A stretch of DNA of 44,923 nt, taken from assembly GCA_004296925.1 (NCBI GenBank), contig SCVI01000037.1:1-44923 (forward strand). Reading direction: 5' to 3'. A program made the position numbers and the translations under genes. The first letter of the stretch is position 1. Each line of letters opens with the position of its first letter. The notes under the pieces are model-generated. The model was given only the letters and a program-made list of their open reading frames with translations. It did not search any database and was not told where the DNA came from. The stretch comes from Patescibacteria group bacterium (GTDB taxonomy: Bacteria; Patescibacteriota; Minisyncoccia; Phycocordibacterales; Phycocordibacteraceae). Shown piece after piece: positions 24,840-33,232 of the stretch.

Positions 24840-26888
24840 TTATTGTCTTGCTGGAACTGCAGAAGGCAGGTCTTCCCTTCTCACTCTTAACACGTCTGGT
24901 ACACCGTTATTGTTGGTATCAACTAGCACAAGCGGGATAGTTGGATCTTCTGGATTTACAACGTTTCCAGGACCATTAATAAGTTCTTGCCACTGAGCCT
25001 CACTTCTTACCTGTATACTTCTACCGCTTGGAGATTCTATATACGGATGTGAGAAATGTCCCGCTCTGTGACCGCCCGGCGTGTTTTCAATACTCATACA
25101 CCAATACGAAGTTCTGCCTGTCACAGGATCTGTGTAGGTCATAAGTACAAAACGAAGTTCTGGTGGAATATTTCCTTGGTAATTTGGAATAAGAATACTT
25201 TCAGTGCCACGGCGGTCTTCACCTAAAATAAGGTCACGCACTCGTTCTTGTGCCTCTGCCAATGACATACCTCGTTCATCAAAAATCAAGTATGCGTTCG
25301 TTGGTACATCGCACGATCCTCCTCCTGGACGAGGGACACAGATAATTGGTTCGCGTCTAAGATACACCTCTGTAGGTGGACGTGGTGGTGGCACTACCTC
25401 AACAGGTGGCGGCACTACGACTACACTTTCTGCTGGAGGCGGAGTAGGTCGTAAAATAATCTCATCGCCCACCTGCATAAAGTTATTACACTCATCAGCT
25501 CGAAGAATTGTGATGCGATGAAGTACGCCCTCTGAGTCTTCAGCAGTAAAATAAAATCGTTCAGCAGGATACGTCACGATCGCAGTACGAGCTCCTGGAA
25601 CCGAAACGCGAGAAGTATCGAGAAGGAAATCTTTTTCACCAACACCAAGAACGCTTCTGTTACCACCTAACATCCATTCACCGCTCTGACGTGGTCCTAT
25701 TTGGATCATCTCAGGATTTGCTATACCTCTTTGTGCATAAAGTGCAGCAATGAATTCGTCTCTAAACTCTGGTCGCATACCACCCCTGACAGCACCGTCA
25801 GCAGCACTTTGAATGTGCGCATCATCAAATGCTTCAATGCGAGAATTTGCGAATGGCTCGCTGCCGAGTCGAGAAACTACATCCGGTTCGCTTTCGATTT
25901 GAGACGCCGCATTTTCAGCAGTATCGGCTGGCGATACAAAGTATCGTCTTCCTTCTATCTCACCTTGCGTGTTAAATCCACGAGAATTAGATCCTGATGA
26001 ATATTCCGATTCAGAAGGAACAATGAATGTGTGCGTACCATCTGACGTTACAGGTAACTCAGCTGCCATAGCATTCTTAACTCCAAAAAATTCTTCAACA
26101 ATTTTACCTCCTGCACCGTCTATAAGAAACGAGTTCCCAACAGCGTTGCGAATACCTAAATCGTTTACAATCTCAGTTGCAACACTGTGCCCGAGTGTGG
26201 CACCAGCACCAATACCAAGCGCACCACTCACTGCAAGTCGCGCATATCTCCCATTTCGTATTTCTACATAGCGCGATTTAAGAAGATTCCAATTGTTCTT
26301 TTCAAACTCTTGAAGTGATTGTCCTTCCTCGCGTGCTTGTGCTTCGAGTACTTTTGAGTCCGCGATTTTTTGGTCTGCTCCGCGATTATTAAAATACCCA
26401 ATTATTTTTCCAAGTTTTCTTGGAGCCTTTTTTCCAAGTGCGAGTTGGACACCGATACCTACTACAGCACCTACCGCAAATTTAACAGGCCCAACAACAG
26501 CAGCTACGGTTGGCACAGCAACCGCATATTTTTGCGCGTGCTCAACCATACCAAGCTTTCCTGACCATGCACCCAAAAGGCCTTCCTCACTAATCTTAAA
26601 CTCTGCTGCTGCATCCCATCCGGCAGTCTCAAAAAGAAAATTTCTATAATTTTGAAAAGCGTCATCGTAACGAGCACGAGAAGCGTCGATGTTTTCGTTA
26701 GCTGAGCGTAACCCTGACCAACCACGAGGGCGAGCATATTCTACCCGCGCATCCCAAAGAAGTTTTCCAAGCGCTTTTCTTCGAGTGTCACGAATGGAAG
26801 CAGACTTGTCACGAAAATCTTTTTTAGGAAGTGTTTCGTCTGAAGACAATGCTCTTTGTATTGGGTTTTCAGCTAAATTTGTTGCCAT
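24840..26888 (-). CDS. orphan 682-aa membrane protein (first gene of the sortase operon)
   Basis: The long ORF has no competing frame. There is no N-terminal signal peptide. Two internal hydrophobic segments are present (AVAVPTVAAVVGPVKFAVGAVVGIGVQLAL and LAVSGALGIGAGATLG), plus a Pro-rich spacer PTPPPAESVVVVPPPVEVVPPPRPP. No family recognised. Confidence 0.75.
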   Translation of the reverse strand: MATNLAENPIQRALSSDETLPKKDFRDKSASIRDTRRKALGKLLWDARVEYARPRGWSGLRSANENIDASRARYDDAFQNYRNFLFETAGWDAAAEFKISEEGLLGAWSGKLGMVEHAQKYAVAVPTVAAVVGPVKFAVGAVVGIGVQLALGKKAPRKLGKIIGYFNNRGADQKIADSKVLEAQAREEGQSLQEFEKNNWNLLKSRYVEIRNGRYARLAVSGALGIGAGATLGHSVATEIVNDLGIRNAVGNSFLIDGAGGKIVEEFFGVKNAMAAELPVTSDGTHTFIVPSESEYSSGSNSRGFNTQGEIEGRRYFVSPADTAENAASQIESEPDVVSRLGSEPFANSRIEAFDDAHIQSAADGAVRGGMRPEFRDEFIAALYAQRGIANPEMIQIGPRQSGEWMLGGNRSVLGVGEKDFLLDTSRVSVPGARTAIVTYPAERFYFTAEDSEGVLHRITILRADECNNFMQVGDEIILRPTPPPAESVVVVPPPVEVVPPPRPPTEVYLRREPIICVPRPGGGSCDVPTNAYLIFDERGMSLAEAQERVRDLILGEDRRGTESILIPNYQGNIPPELRFVLMTYTDPVTGRTSYWCMSIENTPGGHRAGHFSHPYIESPSGRSIQVRSEAQWQELINGPGNVVNPEDPTIPLVLVDTNNNGVPDVLRVRREDLPSAVPARQ

Positions 26889-26942
26889 AATTATTTTATT
26901 TTCTTGAAAAATGTATCAAAATCCCTGTTCTGAATTATTAAG

Positions 26943-26971
26943 ACAATATCACGGTAAAATGGCTTTGTCAA
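26943..26971 (-). promoter_or_regulatory. candidate sigma70-type promoter for the sortase operon
   Basis: On the minus strand: GGCTTGACAAAGCC..., with TTGACA (26966-26971), a 17-nt spacer and TATTGT (26943-26948). It lies ~55 nt upstream of the 26888 ATG. Confidence 0.4.
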
Positions 26972-27036
26972 GCCTTACCCAAACGAGTAAACGTGACACG
27001 CTATATAGAGACGTACATGAGCGGAACTATTACAAC

Positions 27037-27065
27037 TTGACAAGCCTAAAGTAATATGATATAGA
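27037..27065 (+). promoter_or_regulatory. candidate sigma70-type promoter for the CARDB-like gene (near-leaderless)
   Basis: CTTGACAAGCC, with TTGACA (27037-27042), a 17-nt spacer and TATAGA (27060-27065). The ATG at 27073 is only 7 nt past the -10 hexamer. Confidence 0.45.
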
Positions 27066-27072
27066 TACCTAT

Positions 27073-28122
27073 ATGCAAAATGAACAGAACAAGTCCCCTT
27101 TTGGTAATGCTATCGTACGTACGCTCGCAATCTTCGGATTTCTCGCGGTCGTTATCGTTGGTATGTGGGGTAGCGTACAAATCGCACGTGGAATTCCAAA
27201 CGCTTTTTCATCACTTGCCTCTGCAATGGTGAGCTTTACTTCTATCTTTGTCCCAGCAGGAGAGACCATCTCGCTTTCTGCTGCTTCACTCAGCGTTGAA
27301 TCAAATAAGCCAATTACTATCTCTTGGTTCCACGATAAGAAGAGCGTAGAAGGTTCATATGTATTTCGATACAATTGTGTGAATGACGCATACTTTGCAT
27401 CTGCCGTTGCGACCGGAACACCTACTACTGTTTACTGTAACGTGCCGTTCAACTTCATTAATTCAAGCAACTCAATAACGATCACACCAATTTCAACCTC
27501 AAATCGTTTTATTGACGTACAGGTATTCATCGACTTTATTCCAAATGGTGCATCTCAAGCAACGGTCACAGGTCAAACCACTTTCACTATAGTAAATACA
27601 GGAGTAACGGTAAGTCCAGGAACTATTCCTACAACACCAGTACCTACAACACCAACTCCTACAACACCACGTCCTATAACTCAAGGACCTGAAACACGAG
27701 TCACCTACCCTATTGGTGGTGCGCGCGCATCAGATCCAAACGGTTATGTAGACCTTTCTGCACGTGTTATTGAAGTTGGAGTAGTAGATAAAACAACAGG
27801 CGTATTTACAGCAAGTTCTACTCCAAGTAGAGCAAACACACGCATCGCAGTGCGATTCGCAGTTGAAAACCTCGGTACAAAAACATCACCACAGTTTGAT
27901 TTCAACGCGATTCTTCCAACACAACCATCAAACATATTCTCAGCACCTATGCAGCAAGCCCTCAATCCTGGCGACCGTATTGAATTCACCGTTGGTTTTG
28001 ACAGCTTTAATTCAGCTAATCCAGACGGAGTATTCATCATAAATGTTGATCCTTCAAACCGCATCAACGAGAGAAACAAAGACAACAATATTGTGAGATA
28101 CACAATCAATACAAGACCGTAA
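27073..28122 (+). CDS. membrane-anchored secreted protein with C-terminal CARDB-like domain
   Basis: 349 aa. It has an N-terminal TM/signal anchor (LAIFGFLAVVIVGMWG), a PTTPVPTTPTPTTPRP linker, and a C-terminal ~120 aa reading DLSARVIEVG...AVENLG...LNPGD...NVDPSNRINERNKDNN, which matches the CARDB pattern. Confidence 0.75.
   Translation: MQNEQNKSPFGNAIVRTLAIFGFLAVVIVGMWGSVQIARGIPNAFSSLASAMVSFTSIFVPAGETISLSAASLSVESNKPITISWFHDKKSVEGSYVFRYNCVNDAYFASAVATGTPTTVYCNVPFNFINSSNSITITPISTSNRFIDVQVFIDFIPNGASQATVTGQTTFTIVNTGVTVSPGTIPTTPVPTTPTPTTPRPITQGPETRVTYPIGGARASDPNGYVDLSARVIEVGVVDKTTGVFTASSTPSRANTRIAVRFAVENLGTKTSPQFDFNAILPTQPSNIFSAPMQQALNPGDRIEFTVGFDSFNSANPDGVFIINVDPSNRINERNKDNNIVRYTINTRP
27628..27672 (+). 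repeat. 15-bp x3 in-frame tandem repeat (CCTACAACACCA-nnn) encoding (PTTPx)3
   Basis: cct aca aca cca gta / cct aca aca cca act / cct aca aca cca cgt, read directly from the sequence. Confidence 0.7.
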
Positions 28123-28154
28123 ATCGTCCTGCCACACCAAAGAAAAATTCTTTT

Positions 28155-28328
28155 ATGTCAATCAATGATGAAGGTCTGCAACGAGAAATCATGGAACCGT
28201 GCGAAAAATGCCATGGTCAACGTTCAATTCTCCTTCCCCATAACGAAGCACAAAAGAATAGAGACCTAGAGAAATTCGGTGAAGGACTTAAGATGTGTCC
28301 TTCATGTAAAGGAAGTGGTTACAAGTAA
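28155..28328 (+). CDS. 57-aa zinc-finger mini-protein with two DnaJ-type CxxCxGxG motifs
   Basis: Hand translation: MSINDEGLQREIMEPCEKCHGQRSILLPHNEAQKNRDLEKFGEGLKMCPSCKGSGYK. It is below the ORF-track cutoff. It is followed 32 nt later by a terminator hairpin. Confidence 0.5.
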   Translation: MSINDEGLQREIMEPCEKCHGQRSILLPHNEAQKNRDLEKFGEGLKMCPSCKGSGYK

Positions 28329-28360
28329 CATCAAAATCAGGTGCGGGCTCCAAGCAAAAA

Positions 28361-28390
28361 CACAAAACTCCCTACACGGGGAGTTTTGTG
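28361..28390. terminator. terminator hairpin between the convergent mini-ORF (+) and gyrB (-)
   Basis: CACAAAACTCCC-tacac-GGGGAGTTTTGTG. On the minus strand it is followed by TTTTTGCTT, so it is a good gyrB terminator. It is weaker on the plus strand. Confidence 0.6.
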
Positions 28391-28473
28391 TTGACGGGTA
28401 CCCACCAAACACAATACTGATCTAAATTTCAAATACACCTTGAGGAATACAGTGAAAAATTACCTAAAGCTTC

Positions 28474-30540
28474 CTAAACATCCAATCGGGCTTCTTTTGC
28501 ATTACTTTGAATAAAGCTTTTACGTGCCGGTACATCAGTACCCATTAAAATATCGAATACACGATCTGCATCTTGTCCATCTTCAACAGTTACTTGTTTC
28601 AAGGTGCGACGAGTTGGGTCCATAGTGGTTTCCCACAACTCTTCCGGGTTCATTTCTCCCAATCCTTTATATCTTTGTATTGTAGGTTTTGCCTGCTTCT
28701 TTTCTTTTTTCACATCTGCCTCTTCATCGGTTTCTTCATCAGCGTCTTCCACCGTTGTCTCCTCGGTATTAAATTCCTCACTGTTCACTCCCCTGCTTTT
28801 CAAAAGTTGCTCTAATTCAGCTTCGGTTTGTAAAAAGAATACCTCCCTCCCAAACTTCGCTTTAAACAAAGGCGGTTGTGCAATGTACAAATATCCACCA
28901 TCAATAATTCCACGGAAGTACCGATAAAAGAGTGTGAGTAAAAGAGTACGAATGTGCGCACCGTCTACGTCGGCGTCGGTTGCAATGATTATTTTATGAT
29001 AACGAAGTTTTGATATATCAAACAAGTCTCCTATGGCAGTACCCATAGCAATAACAAGATTCTTTATTTCGTTTGATGCGAGCATTTTATCCAAACGCGC
29101 TCTCTCAACGTTCAAAATTTTTCCGCGAAGTGGCAAAATAGCTTGAGTACGTCTATCGCGCCCTTGCTTTGATGAGCCGCCAGCCGAATCTCCCTCTACA
29201 ATAAATATTTCTGATTCCCATGCATTTTTAGTTTGGCAGTCAGCGAGCTTACCAGGGAGTGTCATGCCATCCAAAGCACCCTTACGGAGAACCGAGTCTT
29301 TTGCAGCTTTAGCTGCTTTTCTCGCTTTCAAAGCAAGTATTACCTTTCCTATGATAGAACGCGCTTCATCAGGATTTTCCTCAAGGAACATATTAAATGC
29401 CTCGCTAAATACCGTCTCCACTGCTCCTCGTGCTTCAACTGAACCAAGCTTTCCTTTTGTCTGACCTTCAAATTGAATCTCAGGAAGTTTTACTGAAATA
29501 ATTGCGGTTAATCCTTCCAAAACATCTTCACCTGTAAAGTTCTCTTCAGCATCTTTTACAATGTTATTTTTTCGAGCATAGGTGTTGAGTGTTCTTGTGA
29601 GCGCAGTCTTAAAACCAGTGACATGTGTTCCTCCCTCTGCATTGTACGTATTGTTAGCAAACGCAGTGAGTCGTGCAGAAATATCGTCTACATATTGTAA
29701 CGCTACTTCTACTTGTACGTTTTCTACCTCCTTCTCAACATAAAACACGCTTCCATGAACTGCTTTTTGGAATCGGTTGTTAAACGTTACAAGAGATTTC
29801 AAACCGCCTTCAAAATAAAAACTCATTGAAGGCACGATGAATTCAAGCTCTCTAAAATAACGCACGTCAGCTAAATCAATTTTTCCTGGATACTCGCGTG
29901 CGTCAATTATAGAAATACGAACACCTTTTACTAAGTATGCTTGCTGACGAAGATGCGAAACAATTTTATTAAAATCGTACTCAATTGTGGGAAATATTTG
30001 AGGATCAGCATCAAAGGTAATAATTGTTCCTCTCCAATCCGAAGAGCTAACCTTCTTTACTTTTGTACGAGCTTTACCTCGGTCATATTCTTGCAAATAG
30101 TATCCCCCGTCACGATGAATTTCTGCTTTTGTGTACGTTGAAAGTGCGTTCACTACGGAAACACCAACACCGTGCAAACCTCCTGAAACTTTATATCCAT
30201 CACCCCCAAATTTACCTCCAGCATGGAGCGTTGTCATGATAGTTTCCAGTGCAGAAACTTTTGTTTGTTTATGAATGTCTACTGGTACACCTCGTCCATT
30301 GTCTGCAACACGAATAACATTATTTGGAAGTAGTGTTACTTCAATATCATCTGCGAAACCACCCATGGCTTCATCTCTCGAGTTATCAAAGACTTCCCAA
30401 ATAAGGTGGTGTAACCCATCGAGGCCGGTAGTACCGATGTACATTCCAGGTCGCTTACGGACAGGATCCAACCCCTCAAGAACAGTGATGGATGAAGCGC
30501 TATAATTTGATTCTTTTTTAGTTACGGGCTTTTTTGGCAT
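28474..30540 (-). CDS. gyrB: DNA gyrase subunit B
   Basis: 688 aa. It has the GHKL ATPase N-terminus (LEGLDPVRKRPGMYIGT, HHLIWEVFDNSRDEA), the Toprim motif EIFIVEGDSAGGS, and the C-terminal QRYKGLGEMNPEELWETTMDP. Confidence 0.97.
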   Translation of the reverse strand: MPKKPVTKKESNYSASSITVLEGLDPVRKRPGMYIGTTGLDGLHHLIWEVFDNSRDEAMGGFADDIEVTLLPNNVIRVADNGRGVPVDIHKQTKVSALETIMTTLHAGGKFGGDGYKVSGGLHGVGVSVVNALSTYTKAEIHRDGGYYLQEYDRGKARTKVKKVSSSDWRGTIITFDADPQIFPTIEYDFNKIVSHLRQQAYLVKGVRISIIDAREYPGKIDLADVRYFRELEFIVPSMSFYFEGGLKSLVTFNNRFQKAVHGSVFYVEKEVENVQVEVALQYVDDISARLTAFANNTYNAEGGTHVTGFKTALTRTLNTYARKNNIVKDAEENFTGEDVLEGLTAIISVKLPEIQFEGQTKGKLGSVEARGAVETVFSEAFNMFLEENPDEARSIIGKVILALKARKAAKAAKDSVLRKGALDGMTLPGKLADCQTKNAWESEIFIVEGDSAGGSSKQGRDRRTQAILPLRGKILNVERARLDKMLASNEIKNLVIAMGTAIGDLFDISKLRYHKIIIATDADVDGAHIRTLLLTLFYRYFRGIIDGGYLYIAQPPLFKAKFGREVFFLQTEAELEQLLKSRGVNSEEFNTEETTVEDADEETDEEADVKKEKKQAKPTIQRYKGLGEMNPEELWETTMDPTRRTLKQVTVEDGQDADRVFDILMGTDVPARKSFIQSNAKEARLDV

Positions 30541-30553
30541 TGTATTTTATGAA

Positions 30554-30576
30554 AAAGAGCCCTCATTCGGCTCTTT
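30554..30576 (-). terminator. hairpin + T-run after purD, 13 nt upstream of the gyrB ATG
   Basis: On the minus strand AAAGAGCC-gaatgag-GGCTCTTT is followed by TTCATAAAATACA-ATG(gyrB). Confidence 0.5.
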
Positions 30577-30621
30577 ATATTGTAGCATATTTTGCATCAA
30601 TTTTAGATGCTAATTACTCTC

Positions 30622-31881
30622 CTAAACCCCCCAATCTAGCCCTATATCCTTCCTATAGTACATGGCATCAAATGACACATTTTTCACTGCCGCATATGCA
30701 TTCTTTGTTGCCTCTTCAGAACTCTTTCCTAAGGCGCTTACGCCAAGGACTCGTCCTCCAGCAGTAAGAGTCACATCTCCTGAAAGCGCGGTACCTGCTT
30801 CAAACACCACCGTTTCAGGACCTACCGCATCAAGACCGCTAATAACATACCCGCTGTTATATTTTTCAGGGTACCCACCTGAGGCAAGTATCACTGTACA
30901 TACGTACTCTGGTCGCCATACAATATTGCTCTCAGAAAGTTTTCCCTCTGCGCAGTCAAGCATGACATCTAGAAGGTCAGATGCGAGAAGTCTCATATAG
31001 GATTGTGTTTCTGGGTCACCAAAACGCGCATTAAATTCAAGAACCTTGATACCCTCTTTTGTCACCATAATCCCTGGAAATAACACACCTTTAAAAGGTA
31101 TACCTTCCTCGACCATACCTTTAAGTACCGGCTCAATAACGGTTGTTAAAATTTCTGTCTTTAGAGCTTCAGATATTTCGACCGGAGCGATAGTGCCCAT
31201 ACCACCAGTATTGAGACCAGAATTACCTTCTCCTATTCTTTTGTGATCCCTAGCAATAGGAAACATTCTCGCCACAGCGCCATCACAAAATGCATGCACT
31301 GAAATTTCTTTGCCTTCAAGAAATTCTTCAATAACTACCGATAAACCTGAATCCCCGAACGCTTTATCTACCATGAACGATTTTAGTGTTTTTTCAGCTT
31401 CAGTAATTGATTCTGCAATGACTACACCTTTCCCTAGTGCCAATCCATCAGCCTTTATAACGAGAGGGAGAGAATGTGTTTTTGCATATGCGAGAGCGTC
31501 CTCAAACACATTAAATGTCTCTGAATATGCTGTTGGAATACCGTGTCGCTTCATAAAGTCTTTAGCAAATGCCTTTGAAGACTCAAGTTGTGCTGCTTTT
31601 TTTGATGGACCAAAGGAAAGAATGTGTGCCTCTTTCAGCGAATCAACCAAACCTTCAGCCAGAGAATCGTCAGGACCTACTACAACGAACTCAATAGCAT
31701 TATCCTTTGCAAACTGTACTATCGCTTTATGGTTTTTAATATCAATAGATACATTTTCACCAAGAGTGCCCGTGCCGGCGTTTCCTGGCGCTATAAATAA
31801 TTTCGTGAGACGAGGCGATTGAGCTAGCTTCCAAGCAAGTGCATGCTCTCTTCCTCCTGAGCCGATCAAAAGAACATTCAT
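30622..31881 (-). CDS. purD: phosphoribosylamine--glycine ligase
   Basis: 419 aa with MNVLLIGSGGREHALAWKL at the N-terminus, an ATP-grasp core and EFNARFGDPETQ. Confidence 0.95.
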   Translation of the reverse strand: MNVLLIGSGGREHALAWKLAQSPRLTKLFIAPGNAGTGTLGENVSIDIKNHKAIVQFAKDNAIEFVVVGPDDSLAEGLVDSLKEAHILSFGPSKKAAQLESSKAFAKDFMKRHGIPTAYSETFNVFEDALAYAKTHSLPLVIKADGLALGKGVVIAESITEAEKTLKSFMVDKAFGDSGLSVVIEEFLEGKEISVHAFCDGAVARMFPIARDHKRIGEGNSGLNTGGMGTIAPVEISEALKTEILTTVIEPVLKGMVEEGIPFKGVLFPGIMVTKEGIKVLEFNARFGDPETQSYMRLLASDLLDVMLDCAEGKLSESNIVWRPEYVCTVILASGGYPEKYNSGYVISGLDAVGPETVVFEAGTALSGDVTLTAGGRVLGVSALGKSSEEATKNAYAAVKNVSFDAMYYRKDIGLDWGV

Positions 31882-32336
31882 ACTTTATGAGATAACGGAT
31901 TATAGAGTTCAACAAATTTTTTCGCTTGCTCCTTTAAATTCGGCAACGCCATCATTTCTTCTTTTGAAAAGAATTTCAAATCAAGACACTCATCAGTCGC
32001 GGTGAATGTATCAAATGATGGTATCTCGAAACGATACGCTAGAAGTAAAACACTGAAAGAATCGAAGCCGTAAAAATTCTCACCTTGATACGTCCATACA
32101 TATGAAGGCATATCAGCAATATGCATTATTTCCATACGCGTTTCTTCTCTTACTTCGCGACGCAATCCTTCATCAAAGGATTCTCCAAAATTAAGACCTC
32201 CACCTGGCAAATCCCACACTGTTTTATCCCACCCTATGCCCCCATCAAGGCCTAGTAATACTTTCCCATCTTTTACATGCAAACCTTTTATAGCTACTCG
32301 ATAAAAAGAGTCGTGAGGAACAGACATACTATTCAA
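31878..32336 (-). CDS. Nudix hydrolase
   Basis: 152 aa with the Nudix box LPGGGLNFGESFDEGLRREVREETRM. It overlaps the purD start by 4 nt. Confidence 0.85.
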   Translation of the reverse strand: MNSMSVPHDSFYRVAIKGLHVKDGKVLLGLDGGIGWDKTVWDLPGGGLNFGESFDEGLRREVREETRMEIMHIADMPSYVWTYQGENFYGFDSFSVLLLAYRFEIPSFDTFTATDECLDLKFFSKEEMMALPNLKEQAKKFVELYNPLSHKV

Positions 32337-32348
32337 TGTTTAATCATA

Positions 32349-33179
32349 TTAACGAACCTTCTTTACCACTACATCCATTTGAGGGAACGGGATTTCAATA
32401 TCAGCATCTTGTAGCGCTTGTTTTATTGTCTCTACGACCAAAAACATCGTTGCTCGTTCTTTGTCCGCACTATCAACCCACACACGAGCGAGCATATTAA
32501 TTGATGAGTTACCTAACTCAGCAACCGCCACCGTAGGAGGGGGGTCTTGCTTCACGCCCTTAATTGCACTTAATGCCTTAATAAGTACTTCTCTCACCTC
32601 CGGAATTGATTCTTTATATGCGACACTAAATGGCACCACAATACGAAGCTCTCCGTGAGAGGAATGATTTACTAAAACTTCATTCGCAATCTTTTGATTA
32701 GGAATTACCACAAACGTATTATCGAGAGTCCTGATACGTGTTGTGCGCATCGTTATTTTTTGTACTCTTCCATACATTGCCCCTACGGTAATCCAGTGTC
32801 CAATTTTAAAAGGTTTGTCTACATAAATTAAGATTCCTGAAATAATGTTCGCCACTGTATCCTGAGCAGCAAATCCAATTGCGATACCTATAATTCCAAG
32901 ACCAGCTACCGTTGCAGTTAAATTTATTCCGAGTTGCCCTGCACCAATAACTACAGCGATGATGAAAAGAAACACCCGATACCCTGTATTGACGATAAGT
33001 TCAGCATTTGCCTGCTGTATTCCGCGCCACCGCAACACATACATAAGCGGTCGTTTCGTGAAGCGATATATTCCCCAAAATATGAGGAGCACAAAAAAAA
33101 CCGAGAACAAACTAGGGAGTGAGACAGTCAACGCAGATATCAATCCGTCAACGTTAAAAGAGTTCTTTAAAATATCCAT
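32349..33179 (-). CDS. small-conductance mechanosensitive channel (MscS family)
   Basis: 276 aa with three N-terminal TM helices, the pore-helix region GIIGIAIGFAAQDTVANIISGILI, and a beta-domain PFKIGHWITV. Confidence 0.85.
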   Translation of the reverse strand: MDILKNSFNVDGLISALTVSLPSLFSVFFVLLIFWGIYRFTKRPLMYVLRWRGIQQANAELIVNTGYRVFLFIIAVVIGAGQLGINLTATVAGLGIIGIAIGFAAQDTVANIISGILIYVDKPFKIGHWITVGAMYGRVQKITMRTTRIRTLDNTFVVIPNQKIANEVLVNHSSHGELRIVVPFSVAYKESIPEVREVLIKALSAIKGVKQDPPPTVAVAELGNSSINMLARVWVDSADKERATMFLVVETIKQALQDADIEIPFPQMDVVVKKVR

Positions 33180-33232
33180 AATGAGAGTCTACCAGAATCT
33201 ATATAAATCTGTGTACTAATAAGAAACATACT

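Noticed and set aside
31310-31822. 170-aa plus-strand ORF inside purD, with similar antisense ORFs in the GT2 gene (36722..37204), the purH fragment (38734..39063) and pheT (34399..35024)
   Set aside because: All are antisense to motif-supported genes. They have Ser/Pro/Ala-rich shadow-ORF composition and no independent support.
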